Shown: positions 13,417 through 26,860 of the stretch, in pieces | Position numbering within the stretch: the stretch's first letter is position 1 | How the letters are laid out: each line of letters begins with the position of its first letter | DNA from: Eledone cirrhosa | Lineage: Eukaryota | Assembly: GCA_964016885.1 (NCBI GenBank) | Contig: OZ024745.1 | Coordinates: forward strand, 128,216,001-128,280,000 | Reading direction: 5' to 3' | DNA length: 64,000 bases | Made by a program: the position numbers and the translations under genes | The notes under the pieces: model-generated | Seen by the model: the letters and a program-made list of their open reading frames with translations, nothing else | What the model was told of the DNA's origin: nothing | The model's database searches: none

Positions 13417-14335
13417 TTAAGCCCTATCCATGATGTTTTATCCGTGGTATCCTGTGTATTTCTTTCAAATTTCCTATGCATTCTCATTTCCAGAAGATCA
13501 TCTTTGGCTTTCTTTACAAACCTTTGGTTAAACTCTTCCATACCAAACATTTCACCTGCATTTATACCCATACCTTCTGCTGCATATTGCAACCATTCCT
13601 CATCACTGTTTACCAAATATTCTGCAAGCGTTCTACTTCACTCCTTATACAATGATGAAACCTCTACCATTTAGGGTGTAAAGCTCCGTACAATATCATT
13701 CTCTCCAACGTTGCTATTTCTTCAGTCCACAATCCATTTTTACGGAGACTGTAAACATGGTACTCTTTGTAGATCGTTTTTTGTTTTAGTTGTTTGAAGT
13801 ACACAATAATCTCTTCATTCTCTACAACCAAACTCAATACGTTTCCATCAAACTTGGCTTTTTTTTCTTGATATATATCACTTTCTGCTCTCTCTCTCTC
13901 TCTCTCTCTCGACCTCTCTCGACCTCTCTCGACCTCTCTCGATTATTCTTGCTCGATCTCTCCCGATCTCTCTCGCTCGCTCGCTCTCGCTCTCTCTCCT
14001 TTTCTCTCTCACTCTCTCAATCGCCCCCTCTCTCTCTCTCGATCTCAATCTCGATCTCTCTCGATCCCTCTTAGCCTCCCCCTCTCTCTGAAATTACAGT
14101 TCTCATCTCATCACGCTTCCGTATATCCTGGTAATCTCATATCTCTTTGTATATATCATTCATACTTCTATCATATTGTTTGTATGTCAAGTAGGATGTT
14201 TTTTTCTATGAGCATCCACTTAATAATTCCATCCAGCATCTCATCATCTGTTTTGCTGTGTTGAACCATATTTCCACATATCAAGCATTGGGAATTACTC
14301 TACTTTAATTGCCTTAAACTAATTTTGTGGAATAA

Positions 14336-14605
14336 TTAACTTTTGACCAGATATGCCATTCTAATATATCGAGTGTCCTCTGAAAGTGTCGTTATTTTCT
14401 TCCTCGTGTATGTACGTTTGATTACACTTCTCACAATTACGGGATTTATAATTTTTTTTTTTTCTGGCACCAATAATTCCATTCTTTTCAAGAGCACTTC
14501 TATCTCAACCGATTCCATTTTCCAATTGACATCAGTAAAACTAAAAGTGTTCTTAGAAATTAGCGATGCATGCTCTGTATCAATTTTACACAATATGCAT
14601 CTATT
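14336..14605 (-). CDS. Possible terminal coding exon of an unknown gene (NRCILCKIDTEH...YLVKS*)
   Basis: cgttttcAG acceptor followed by ~89 open, non-repetitive codons. No recognised domain. Confidence 0.2.
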   Translation of the reverse strand, partial: NRCILCKIDTEHASLISKNTFSFTDVNWKMESVEIEVLLKRMELLVPEKKKIINPVIVRSVIKRTYTRKKITTLSEDTRYIRMAYLVKS

Positions 14606-15478
14606 CTGAAAACGTACACGGCCATCACAATATCTTATTTCGTTTTATATGCATTCGTGCAGATAAAAACAAATCTGTTGCTGTTTTGTTTTCAGTCAGG
14701 TCTTAGCCAAGAGATCTACAATGAAACTGATCTATGATAAAAGCCGTAAGCATTTTTATTGCAAACATAAAATATCTAAAATTAGATTACTCTACTTCAT
14801 GTCTCCTTGTTTGTAGAGTGTGGGTTTTCGTGGGAGATGATTTGTTACTTTTATCGAGTGGATTGACTACGTAAAAAGATACATATTTGTATTTGAACTG
14901 GCATTTTCAAGGAAGATGTGAATCTAGTGGTGCCAATCTGTAATATAAGTAAGATTCTCAGTAAATCCAATAACTATGATATCTAGTTACAGCTAATAGC
15001 CAAGTGAAGGATGTGTTCCGTCGAGTAAGCCTGCTCTTGGCATCTTCAATTGGTGAATATACGATATTGTTGGAGAATATACGATTTATTCAGAATCATG
15101 CCTCAGTATGATGGCATTTGAAGAGGAATGGGCGTTTTTGATCAAGTGTACTCTCACTACAACTTCTAAAATGAATAATATGTAAGAAGGCTAAACAATA
15201 CAAAATGGACGACGGTAAGATGGGGGAAACGAAAAAGTCAGTTACGAAAAGTCTTTAATGAAAGCACTTTCTGTGGATTAAATGTTATGAGAAAGCTTTT
15301 CATGTAGTAAATATATATTTGTGCACTCGCGTGGGGGCGTGCTATTTCCAAATAAAAGAGAATCCTTGAGTAGTGTGTAGATGCCAATGTATTTTTTATA
15401 TTATATATTAGTCAGTAACAGTAAAAAAAAATAAAATGCTTTGTTGTTTGAAAACTGCAACTGCCGACACCAGCAACA

Positions 15479-15479
15479 A

Positions 15480-15559
<80 letters not shown>

Positions 15560-15570
15560 CTACTACTACT

Positions 15571-15602
<32 letters not shown>

Positions 15603-15610
15603 CAGCAGCT
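15479..15610. repeat. (AGT)n/(AGC)n microsatellite
   Basis: Direct reading. Confidence 0.95.
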
Positions 15611-16096
15611 GCAGGTAATAGTAGAGGTAGTTGTGATGACAAACACACAAAGAACAGGAGGTGAAATATTAGCAACAATAAAACAACAACATGGGCATAA
15701 AAAACGCAACAACAGCAGCAACAACAACAACAACAACAACAACAATAACTACAACAACTACAACACAACAACAACAACAGCAACAATGAGATAAAGAAAA
15801 CAAAATAAAAGAGAAAATAACAATAATAACAATGAAACAACAAGTATAAAATTGTTGGAATGTAAACTAAACAAGATGATAGTTTTTATAAGAGTTGAAA
15901 AACCTGTTATACGCATCACAATCAAATATACGCATGTATACATCTACACAAAGACACATCGACAACACAGAGAAAACAAACAGAAAGTAACCAAACACTT
16001 GCACACACATATATATATGTATATATGTGTATATGTGTGTGTTTTTTTTTGTTTTTTTTTTAATATATATATAGATATATATATATATACATATAT

Positions 16097-16181
<85 letters not shown>

Positions 16182-16325
16182 CATATATGTATATATATAT
16201 ACATACACACACACACACGTATATACATATATATATATATATACGCTATATATATACCATATATAGCGTATACAATATGGACAATTTTATATCTCTTGCT
16301 CTCCCTCTCTATATATATATATCTC

Positions 16326-16380
<55 letters not shown>

Positions 16381-16468
16381 CTTATCTGATTCTTTGTTTT
16401 TCCGAATCATTCTAATCATCACTTTCTATCTATCTATCTAACTATCGAACTAACTATCTATCTATCTA

Positions 16469-16826
16469 ACACTTTAGAAGGAGAATCAGAGTGGAGAGAG
16501 GCACTGTACCCCAGTAAATTTACTGAAAGGTGGGTGAATAAAGCGAAAATGGCCCGAGTGATTGGGCCTTCTCTGTTTATAAGCCTGTAGGTTAAAGAAG
16601 AGAGCAAAAGGAAGAAAGGATCACTTGCACAACACGCTCCTGTAGTTGAGGGTTGTTCTATCTACGGGGTATTAAACAACCCATTTGTGGCGCCTCTCCC
16701 TCATTGAGGATTTCGATTGTTATAATTGTTTGTTTCAATATTTTTACACGACTGTATATAAAATCCCCGGCATGTGTCATTGTATTGCCCCCTTTTCTTG
16801 TGCGCCCTTGTGGCAGATAAAGAAAT
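16469..16826 (+). mobile_element. Short 5'-truncated Tx1-clade LINE (last codons + 3' UTR) in (TATC)n
   Basis: Homologous to 17340-17730 (RIRVERE..WVNKAKMARV). Flanked by tatc repeats. Confidence 0.8.
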
Positions 16827-16827
16827 A

Positions 16828-16872
<45 letters not shown>

Positions 16873-16873
<1 letters not shown>

Positions 16874-17730
16874 GAAGCCCTAGACATGGAGGAGGACGAA
16901 CTGGCCAGCCTTTTCGGTAGGACATTCAGCCCGGGACCTATGGACAACTTCCAGAAGTCCCTGGCCTGGCAGTGCTACCGAGGGGCTTTACCCGTTCGAG
17001 AAAGGCTCTACAGACACGGGCGCCCGGGTAGGGACCCCGCCAAAAAGATCTGTCCCAGATGCGTGTGCGACGAGGAAACCGTTGCACACGCATTAGTACA
17101 CTGCTCGGGCGTAGCCGATCTGTGGGGCTATGTCGAACAACTGCTGTCAAGGGTGGGACCGATCCGGTTGACCACCGAGTCTATTGTAATGATCAAGCCG
17201 CCTCCCCCCTTCAAAGATGAAGCAGAGGCGGTGTTTCTGTGCGTAATAGCCATGGCGAAAGAGGTTGTATGGTGGACGCGTCTGAAAGGACTGAGGTCGG
17301 GCACCTTTCTCTCTGGCCAACAACTGGTCCGTTTCTTCCGATATCATTTCGGAAGAAGGATCAGGATGGAGAGAGAGGTGCTGCACCCCAGCCGTTTCTA
17401 TGAAAGATGGGTGAAAGTGGCGAGAATGGCCCGTGTGAATGGGCCTTCACTCTACATCAGACTATAGGTGAGGAAGATGAAAGACCAAGGGAGCACCCCT
17501 TCTCTGTGCTCCTGAGGAGAAGGGTTGCACACTTTATTCGGGGGTGTGTGCGACCCCCCAAGGCGCCTCCTCTCTATTGAGGATTTTGTTAAAAATTTTA
17601 TTTTTTGTTATATCTTATTTTATTTTTATATTTTGTTATTGCCTCCTCCTTATTGAGGACGCCTTTTTGTGTAAACTCCCCCCTTTGTACTTGTCCCACT
17701 TTTGATGCCCTAGTGGCAAATAAAAGAAAC
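16873..17730 (+). mobile_element. 5'-truncated Tx1/L1-group LINE: open ORF2 C-terminus (stop 17467) and 3' UTR
   Basis: LAWQCYRGALPVRERL..CPRC..ETVAHALVHC zf-RVT-type motif. GC-rich, no stops. (TATC)n on both sides. Confidence 0.9.
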
Positions 17731-17749
17731 TTATCTATCTATCTATCTA

Positions 17750-17792
<43 letters not shown>

Positions 17793-18079
17793 ATCTATCT
17801 CACTTCTCCTTTCACCACATATATGTGTGGAGGTGTGATGAGAAGGGGGAGAGGGATGGAAAGAGGGAGAGGGGTGGAAAGAGGGAAAGAGGGGTGGAAA
17901 GAGGGAGAGGGGTGGAAAGAGGGAGAGAGGGTGGAGAGAGGGAGAGAGGGGTGGAAAGAGAGAGAGGGATGGAAAGGGAGAGGAATATTGAGAGAAATAT
18001 TTACATCAGGATTTAGACATTTTTTTTTTCTTTTGTTTACACTTCATTTTTGCCATATCATTGCTTTGGTAACTACTGA

Positions 18080-18340
18080 TGTTACCACCACCACCGCCAC
18101 CTCTACCACTAACACCACCACCACTAACACCACCACCACCACCCCACCATACTACCATCATCACCATCATCATCACCACCACCACCACCACTACCATCCT
18201 CACCATCATCATCACCACCATCACCATCACCATCATCATCACCACCATCACCATCACCACCACCATCACCATCATCATCACCACCATCACCATCACCATC
18301 ACCACCACCACCACCACCACCACTACTACTACTACTAATC
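18080..18340. repeat. (CAC/CAT)n trinucleotide tract
   Basis: Direct reading. Confidence 0.95.
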
Positions 18341-18595
18341 ATGATGACGACGATGATGATGATGATGTTGGTGGTGGTAAGGAGGAGGAGGAGGAGGAGG
18401 TTAATGGTAATGATGTTGATGATGATGGTGATTACGATGGTGATGATGATAATGATAGTGATGATGATGATGCTGTATTCTATGTTGTCGTCTCTCAATA
18501 TAACTGCAATGTAGTAACACTGATGACATCCGCCATTGTCAGCCGAGTTACCTGCATGTCCCATTGATTCCCTCTCAGCAGTGTTACCTCAATAT

Positions 18596-19432
18596 GGTGG
18601 TGGTGGTGGTGGAGGTGGCGGTGGTGGTGGTGGTGGTGGTGGTGGTGGTGGCGGTGGCGGCGGTGGTGGGGGTGGTGGTGGTGGTGGTGGCGGTGGCGGT
18701 GGTGGTGGTGGTGGTGGTGGTGGTGGTGGTGGTGGTGGTGGTGGTGGTGGCGGTGGCGGTGGTGGTGGTGGTGGTGGTGGTGGTGGTGGTGGTGGTGGTG
18801 GTGGTGGTGGTGGTGGTGGTGGTTGTGGTGGTGGTGGTTGTGGTGGTGGTGGTTGTGGTGGTGGTGGTTGTGGTGGTGGTGGCGGTGGCGGTGGTGGTGG
18901 TGGTGGTGGTTGTGGTGGTGGTGGTTGTGGTGGTGGTGGTTGTGGTGGTGGTGGTTGTGGTGGTGGTGGCGGTGGCGGTGGTGGTGGTGGTGGTGGTGGT
19001 GGTGGTGGTGGTGGTGGTGGTGGTGGTGGTGGTGGTGGCGGTGGCGGTGGTGGTGGTGGTGGTGGTGGTGGTGGTGGTGGTGGTGGTGGTGGTGGTGGTG
19101 GTGGTGGTGGTGGTGGTGGTGGTGGTGGTGGTGGTGGCGGTGGCGGTGGTGGTGGTGGTGGTGGTGGTGGTGGTGGTGGTGGTGGTGGTGGTGGTGGTGG
19201 TGGTGGTGGTGGTGGCGGTGGCGGTGGTGGTGGTGGTGGTGGTGGTGGTGGTGGTGGTGGTGGTGGTGGTGGTGGTGGTGGTGGTTGTGGTGGTGGTGGT
19301 TGTGGTGGTGGTGGTTGTGGTGGTGGTGGTTGTGGTGGTGGTGGCGGTGGCGGTGGTGGTGGTGGTGGTGGTGGTGGTGGTGGTGGTGGTGGTGGTGGTG
19401 GTTGTGGTGGTGGTGGTGGTGGTGGTGGTGGT
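18596..19432. repeat. ~840-bp (GGT)n tract with periodic GGC/TGT variants
   Basis: Direct reading. Confidence 0.95.
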
Positions 19433-20152
19433 GATGACCACAGTGGTGGCAATGGTGATGGTATTGGTTTTGGTTGATAGTTTCCTGTTGTAGCTGCCCT
19501 TGTTATATTTGATGTAATATTCTATTTGTTTGTTATTACTAAGCGTTCAGTTGTAAATGGAAGTGTTTTCGATGTCATTGTTGCTGTTGTTATTGTTGCT
19601 GAGCGGCCCTATTCCGCACCTGACTGACCAGACCTGTAATCAAAGGTATCTCAACCCTGACCAAGCAAACACCTATGTGAAACCAACTCAGAACTACATT
19701 TTCAAATATGTCCATTCCTGTTATTTGAGTACGATTTGGCTGCTATATCATGTGCATCAAACAACAATATAAAGTTTCCATCATTGAACAGAGTGATGTT
19801 TTTTGTGGTAGTGGTGGAAACGGTCAAGTGCGGTACAACATGTTTTGGGTATTTATTGAAAGCTGTTCCGGTTCAGATCTCGACATGTGAAGGCGTCTGA
19901 TCCAGTAGTTAAGCTGTTGGAGCCACATTCCTAACGCTGTTGGGCGGTGTGTTGTGTTCTTGTGCAAGATGTTTTAATTTACGTTGCTTATCATGATAGG
20001 ACCACTATGATTACAACACACAAGGAATTTTCTATGAAAAGCAGCCTAATAGAAAGCCAATTAAATCAGAAATGTTGAACTGTAAATTTCATTTTATTTC
20101 ATTTTTCAAATTCGACTTTGCCTTTGCCCTCGTAATCAATAATTATAACTGA

Positions 20153-20636
20153 CTAAGCAGAAAAACCACCCTTAGGGTGGTTTTTCTGCTAGCATGTGTG
20201 ATGTGCATATTGACGCAAGTATACATGCATGTAGATATGATACGTCAAATAAAATCGTAATTGACAATATACACAGAAATTGAACGAAGACTGCGTTACA
20301 CTGTCTTATGTAATCAGTAAAGTAATCCATGATACATTAAAAAAAGACGATATTATATATAAACTGCATTAGGAGAAAATTAGTGACAGAAATATATGAA
20401 TGTTTATTTAAGCGATCGCTAACCGGAAGTGTTGACATATGAAAATTTTTAAGAAGTGAATCTTAAAATAAGCAACAAAATTATTTATATTTAATGAAGA
20501 ATAACAAAATTTAGTAGATAAATTATGTAATATTCATTCATTATTTATTCAAAATAATCCAAATTATTTTACAAACGGGATAAAAAAAATATATTCTAGA
20601 CGCAGTCCCGCACTCCTTACTTTATTATAGTTTAGA
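20153..20636 (-). mobile_element. Non-autonomous Helitron-like element
   Basis: Minus strand starts a|TCtaaactataataaag. It ends with hairpin ccaccc-taa-gggtgg, then tttttctgCTtAG|t. Confidence 0.55.
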
Positions 20637-21196
20637 TATTAAATTTAAGTTTAATATTATTAGGTTATTGTTGACGCTGCAGTTGTTAGAACTATAAATT
20701 TCATTTTATTTCATTTTTCAACAACTTTGCCTCACATCTTCTCCATGGTCAATAATTATAACTAATATTGAAGTGAAGTATTAATACTATTAGGTTACTG
20801 ATGACATAGTTGTTGTTAATGTTTCATTCCAGGTTGGTCCTGCTTGGGGGAAGCTATGACTGAAAGTATTCCAGTCTTGATCAACCAGAGATTTTCCTTT
20901 GTGTAGGGAACCCAGGTCCATCTTATCCAATGTTACTTTCTAATCTGCTACTTCTAGCTGATCGAATGAAGGCTTCTTCGGCAATGCTACTAACATTGTT
21001 GTTGTTGTTGTTATTGTTGTTGTTTAACCTCAGATCAAACTAGCTTGAGGAAATACTTGAAAGACGTTCTGGCCATGATCCTCCTCATTTTTTTAGGCGC
21101 ATCTAGAACTACATTAACGTTTGTGTCCTTTTCTTTATTTCAGATTTTGGTTTCTATTTCTAGCAGGTTCGCTGACTACGTAGGGTATCCATGCAT

Positions 21197-21464
21197 TCAG
21201 ATTGGATTTAGCCCTTGTGGTGCCCGGGGCACTTCAGATTTGATGGGGCGCTCCCCAAATTTACATATCAAGGTTAGCTTGGTGCAAGTATTTGGAATTG
21301 AATTATTATAGATACGGGTATAAATTAAAAAAAAATGTAAGCATCCTAAAGCTAAAAAGCCCAGCAGAGAGCACAAATAATTTGCTATGACAGTCGCTGG
21401 TGCCCCCCGCACTGCAGGGTGCCCTGGATAATCTCCCCCTTTGTCCCTCATTAAACCCGGCCCT
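21197..21464. mobile_element. hAT-like MITE, left TIR decayed
   Basis: cagattggattta ... taaacccggccct termini. GC-rich subterminal ggtgccc/gggcac motifs. Confidence 0.55.
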
Positions 21465-21982
21465 ACATGCGTTGCTAGATAACGTTGTTGGTGTTGCTAA
21501 TAGTTACAATCATTTGTTTAGTCACATGTTAATCCTGATCCAGCAGATACATTTTCTAAACCACTTCAGTCGCCGCGACTATGTCGGGGTTTTAGTGATA
21601 TATATAGAACTGCATGTTCTAATATCTGTTATATTATGACGGGAGGGATTTTTAGTGGCTATTTCTAACAGTTCAAACAATCATGTAGATGTCCACTCAT
21701 TGTCTAGTTGTTGGGTATCTGTACTACTTGTTCATGTCGTGGAAAATTACATGTTCAATATTACTGATAATTATGTAGTTGTTATTGTTAATAAAGCTTT
21801 GCGGTAGTCGATCTTGTTCATAGTGTTGCTGTTGTTGTTGTTTTTGTTAGCTTTGGTTATTATTGCTAACATTGACAGTGACCTAGTTGTTGCTGTTGTC
21901 ATTGACAGTGGTGTGATTGTTGTTGTTGTTGTTGCTGTTGTCGTTGTTGCTACTGAGAGTGGTCTAGTTGTTATAGTCATTG

Positions 21983-22565
21983 AGTGGCGTAGTTGTTGCT
22001 GTTGTGTTTGACAGTGGCGTAGTTATTGCTGTTGTGTTTGACAGTGGCGTAGTTGTTGCTGTTGTGTTTGACAGTGACGTAGTTATTGCTGTTGTGTTTG
22101 ACAGTGGCGTAGTTGTTGCTGTTGTGTTTGACAGTGGCGTAGTTGTTGCTGTTGTGTTTGACAGTGGCGTAGTTATTGCTGTTGTGTTTGACAGTAGCGT
22201 AATTGTTGCTGTTGTGTTTAACAGTGACGTAGTTGTTGCTGTTGTGTTTGACAGTGACGTAGTTATTGCTGTTGTGTTTGACAGTAGCGTAATTGTTGCT
22301 GTTGTGTTTGACAGTAGCGTAATTGTTGCTGTTGTGTTTGACAGTGGCGTAGTTGTTGCTGTTGTGTTTGACAGTGATGTAGTTATTGCTGTTGTGTTTG
22401 ACAGTAGCGTAATTGTTGCTGTTGTGTTTGACAGTGGCGTAGTTGTTGCTATTGTGTTTGACAGTGGCGTAGTTATTGCTGTTGTGTTTGACGGTGACGT
22501 AATTGTTGCTGTTGTGTTTGACAGTGACGTAGTTATTGCTGCTGTTGTCAATGACAGTGGCGTAG
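21983..22565. repeat. 30-bp minisatellite (gacagtggcgtagttgttgctgttgtgttt), ~19 copies
   Basis: Strict 30-bp period. Confidence 0.95.
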
Positions 22566-22865
22566 TTGTTACTGCTGTAGTTGTCGTTGCTGTTGTTGTT
22601 GTTGATGCCATATTCGCTGTCAGTGTTGTTGTTGTTGTTGTTGCTGCTGCTGGTGCTGCTGTATATTCCTAAGTCAGTTTTGATTGAGCACTCATATAGC
22701 AGACAGGAAGTAGGAGAAATGACAGCTGTGACCCAGAGAACCATCTTCCCATATCTTAGCATAGCTGAGGGCGCCCCCACCCAGAACGCTGGAATACAGT
22801 GAAGATTTGTATCAGATGCATTGTAAGTAGAGGTATATATTGGGCTCTCTCGCCGTCCCCTCTCT

Positions 22866-22901
<36 letters not shown>

Positions 22902-22904
22902 ATA

Positions 22905-22985
<81 letters not shown>

Positions 22986-23277
22986 ATATATATATATATA
23001 TATAAATACTCCCCAGCCTGTTTATGTAGACATAAGATAATTGTAGTGGTCCCAGTGAAGGCGAGTAAGGTGAACATATTCAAAGTGTGACAGCTGTTCC
23101 TCTCTATTTATTATTCAGGCTGTGCATTCCAGTATAATTTTTGAGGTCAGTGTGGCTATTAGCGTTAAATCTTTAGTTGTTTCATTCTATTGGACAAATG
23201 TGATATATGTAATTGTAATGTCGTGAATTTTACCAGTAATTCAAAAGGCCTGTTTCGTCATGAACTTTGCCCTAGAT

Positions 23278-23568
23278 CAGGCATGGTCAACCTTTTTCGA
23301 GAAGCGGACCACATGAGATATAGCTCATCATCAGGCGGGCCGCAAGCACTAATTTACATTCGTGCCCACATTTTAAAAAAGGGGCGGTAACTCAGGTTGT
23401 TCTGATTTGTATCTTCAGAATTCGTACATGTTGTTTTCCTCGATCGTAAAAATGATAGAAAGATAAATTACGACTGAAAAGTTGGGGTAAAAAAATCAGA
23501 AAGATTCACTTAGGTGACTTAGGCGAGCCATTTAGAAATATTCGCGGGCCACAGGTTGCCCGTGACTG
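23278..23568. mobile_element. hAT-Charlie-type MITE
   Basis: caggcatggtcaacc ... ggttgcccgtgactg; gcgggcc motifs; flanks ccctagat/ctttagaa. Confidence 0.75.
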
Positions 23569-24089
23569 CTTTAGAAGATTGGGTTTTGTGCCCGTCTTCA
23601 GAGCCTGGATTACTATTTCTAGAAATCCACAGTTTCAGATGTAATTGCAGTGGTTCTGTTGAGGGGAGCGCCGATTTTAGTTGTGACTCTCCACGTTTGA
23701 GAGATATTGTTTTTCATGATATTATTTATGTCACTATTAGAGCTATATTATCCATAGAATTCCTTTAACATAATCGAATTTATTTTAAATATTTTTGGTA
23801 TCTAATTAGTTTCCATGTAATTGCCATTTATAATCTCTTTAATAGTCACTATTCTGAGCCCCTGTGGCAAATAACTCTTCCTTATTTATTGCCACATTAC
23901 AGCATAATTGTTTATGAACGTAGTGGTGAGTAGGAAAGAAATATTGTTATATCTATAACTCTCTGAAGAGCGTTAATGTCAGAAAACAAAGTGAAGTGAT
24001 CTAACACCAACTGTGAATCCAAATCTAACACAATTAACAAATTCTGTTTTAATATTTATTTTTCGTTCTCTCTTCTTCTTTCATTGTAG

Positions 24090-24103
24090 CTGGCAAACCC
24101 AAA
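24090..24103 (+). other. Candidate 14-nt microexon
   Basis: Long pyrimidine tract, then tgtAG|ctggcaaacccaaa|GTAAGA. ctaac branch-like motifs lie upstream. Confidence 0.45.
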
Positions 24104-24650
24104 GTAAGAATTAGATTTAAGTGCCTTGTTCAATGTTAAAGCGGCAACGCCTCCCTGCTGCGGTGAAATTCCAATTAATGGACCTAGTTCAAATAACCTA
24201 CCTCCCAACTTGATCATTGCAACACTCAAATCGAAACAGCAATATGATAGATGAATCGATTCAATACAATATTCACTTTGTGAATAGCTTCTGTTTATGA
24301 AAGCGTAATGGCTGGATGGTTGTTATTTAATGCGGTTGTTTATTGGAAATCATATTTATATAATTCATATACATTGAATTGCTGGCGAAGATTTGGTGTA
24401 GATATTTCTTATTAATTATAAATGAACATGCTGTGCGATAATTATGTGTATCTACATGTGTCATTGAATATGTGTGTATGTGAGTGTGTGTAAACAGAGG
24501 AGAAATAGTAATATAAACATAGGGCGGGCGTTACTATATAGGATAGTGTACACACACACACTTACATATATATATATAAGATAGATAGATAGGTATCTTG
24601 CTTGATAGATAGATATTTGTGTGTGTATGTGTGTGTGTATTAATGCAAGT

Positions 24651-24687
<37 letters not shown>

Positions 24688-24923
24688 TGCATATATGTGT
24701 GTATGAGTAAGAGTGTATATATGTGTGTGAATATATACGTTACTGTGTCTGCATATACAGGTGTGTGTGTGGCAGTTATGATTTTGAATCATACTTAACT
24801 CTCCACTTAGCGGCCAGGCTTTCATCTTACATGGGTGTCCATAAAGGTCCATGGGGATGTGATTAATGACACTAATGCAGATACACACACACACACACAC
24901 ACACACAAATATCTATCTATCTA

Positions 24924-25003
<80 letters not shown>

Positions 25004-25104
25004 TATATATATATGTACAAGTTATACAAGTATAACAATATATATACATACAATTATATATATATATAAATATACATATATATATATATACATACATATA
25101 TACA

Positions 25105-25194
<90 letters not shown>

Positions 25195-25195
<1 letters not shown>

Positions 25196-25660
25196 AAAGT
25201 TATATTTAAATTGTTGGGTTACAACGAGTAAATATTAATAACTGATATAAAAGCACTCGACAAGTATTTGGAGTATATTTACGATATTAAATAAATGGAA
25301 ACTATATTTATAAAACCATATTTATTTCATTATATATATTTCAGGGATATCATATTAACAATATGCTATGCCTTCCTCAGACAAAATACAATATAAACAG
25401 TTTTATAGATAAATAGATTTGACATACCGTACAACATCGACTTGTATTTGAAAAATTGAATTGACTGCCAATTCAATTTTTCAAATACAAGTCGATGTTG
25501 TACGGTATGTCAAATCTATTTATCTATAAAACTGTTTATATTGTATTTTGTCTGAGGAAGGCATAGCATATTGTTAATATGATATCCCTGAAATATATAT
25601 AATGAAATAAATATGGTTTTATAAATATAGTTTCCATTTATTTAATATCGTAAATATATA
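25195..25660. mobile_element. Fold-back family A: 190-bp arms (25274-25463 / 25469-25658), in (TA)n
   Basis: Arms are exact reverse complements as read by eye. 5-nt loop actgc. Confidence 0.9.
25544..25609 (+). ncRNA. Type I hammerhead ribozyme (mirror copy at 25323-25388, -)
   Basis: tattttgt-CTGAGGA-agg c ata g catatt gtt aatatg a tat c cct-GAAA-tatata-TA-atgaaata. Confidence 0.8.
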
Positions 25661-25712
25661 TATATATATATATGTGTGAGTATATATATATATATACATA
25701 TATACATATATG

Positions 25713-26063
<351 letters not shown>

Positions 26064-26135
26064 CATACATACATATATATATATTTATATACAATTAACA
26101 ACAAAGAGCGCTTAGAACATAGGTATATCTTTAAT

Positions 26136-26181
26136 TGCTAACAGTGTTTCGTCCACACTAGAAGTGGGACTGTTCAGAGCA
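26136..26181 (-). ncRNA. Hammerhead-like fold with core variant CUGAACA
   Basis: tgct-CTGAACA-gtcc cacttctagtgt ggac-GAAAC-act-GTT-agca. Confidence 0.55.
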
Positions 26182-26261
26182 TAAAGAGTAAATACAAAGT
26201 ATACAAGCATTGACAAAGCCAAAACAGAAGAATATATGTGGGGATACCATAAGTTGGGAGG

Positions 26262-26484
26262 AGTTTAAGGAGTAAAGTAAAAGGAGCAAAATAAGAGGAG
26301 TAAAATAAGAGGAGTAAAATAAAATAAACATAAAAATAAGAATAAGATTAAGAATAAAAAAAATTATTTTTAATCTTATTCTTTTTTTTTATTCTTAATC
26401 TTATTCTTATTTTTATGTTTATTTTATTTTACTCCTCTTATTTTACTCCTCTTATTTTGCTCCTTTTACTTTACTCCTTAAACT
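26262..26484. repeat. Inverted repeat with ~100-bp arms
   Basis: agtttaaggagtaaag...aagaataaaaaaaa is mirrored by ttttttttattctt...ctttactccttaaact. Confidence 0.9.
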
Positions 26485-26860
26485 GTCCTCTGACATTGAG
26501 CTAACCATATACTGCCTATTTGATAAGTGGAGTGTTACACACTCCCAATTCTCTCCCTTATATATTATATATTTATATATATATATATACGTATTACACA
26601 CACACACATATACACACATATATTACACACATGCATATGTGTGTGTGAGTGTGTGTATTACACATATATGTGTATGCGTGTGTGTTGGATATAGATTTAT
26701 GGATTGAGTATGCTTCCATTCGTGGTTATCTCTGTATTGGCGTAGATTAGTTTACCTTAAAGTTAAGACAATTAACCGTCTTAAGTACACTTGCATACAT
26801 ACAGACACGCACTCAAATATATACATATATCCACGTTATTGACGGACGGGAGGAAAAGTA

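Larger units (their letters stand above)
12655..13680 (-). pseudogene. R4/Dong-like non-LTR retrotransposon fragment (zinc knuckle + RHN motif)
   Basis: MH..F..D..SW..L..ESLII.AK.QALLTN..CRLCGKNVENINHLISEC..LAQKEYKLRHNKVCSYIHW. The frame is restored by removing the 12992-13420 insert. Confidence 0.85.

Noticed and set aside
21771-22611. Mucin-like ORF ([10 protein letters not shown])n on the minus strand
   Set aside because: The frame shifts at ~21980, variants are amino-acid changing, other frames are equally open, and it grades into degenerate (GTT)n.
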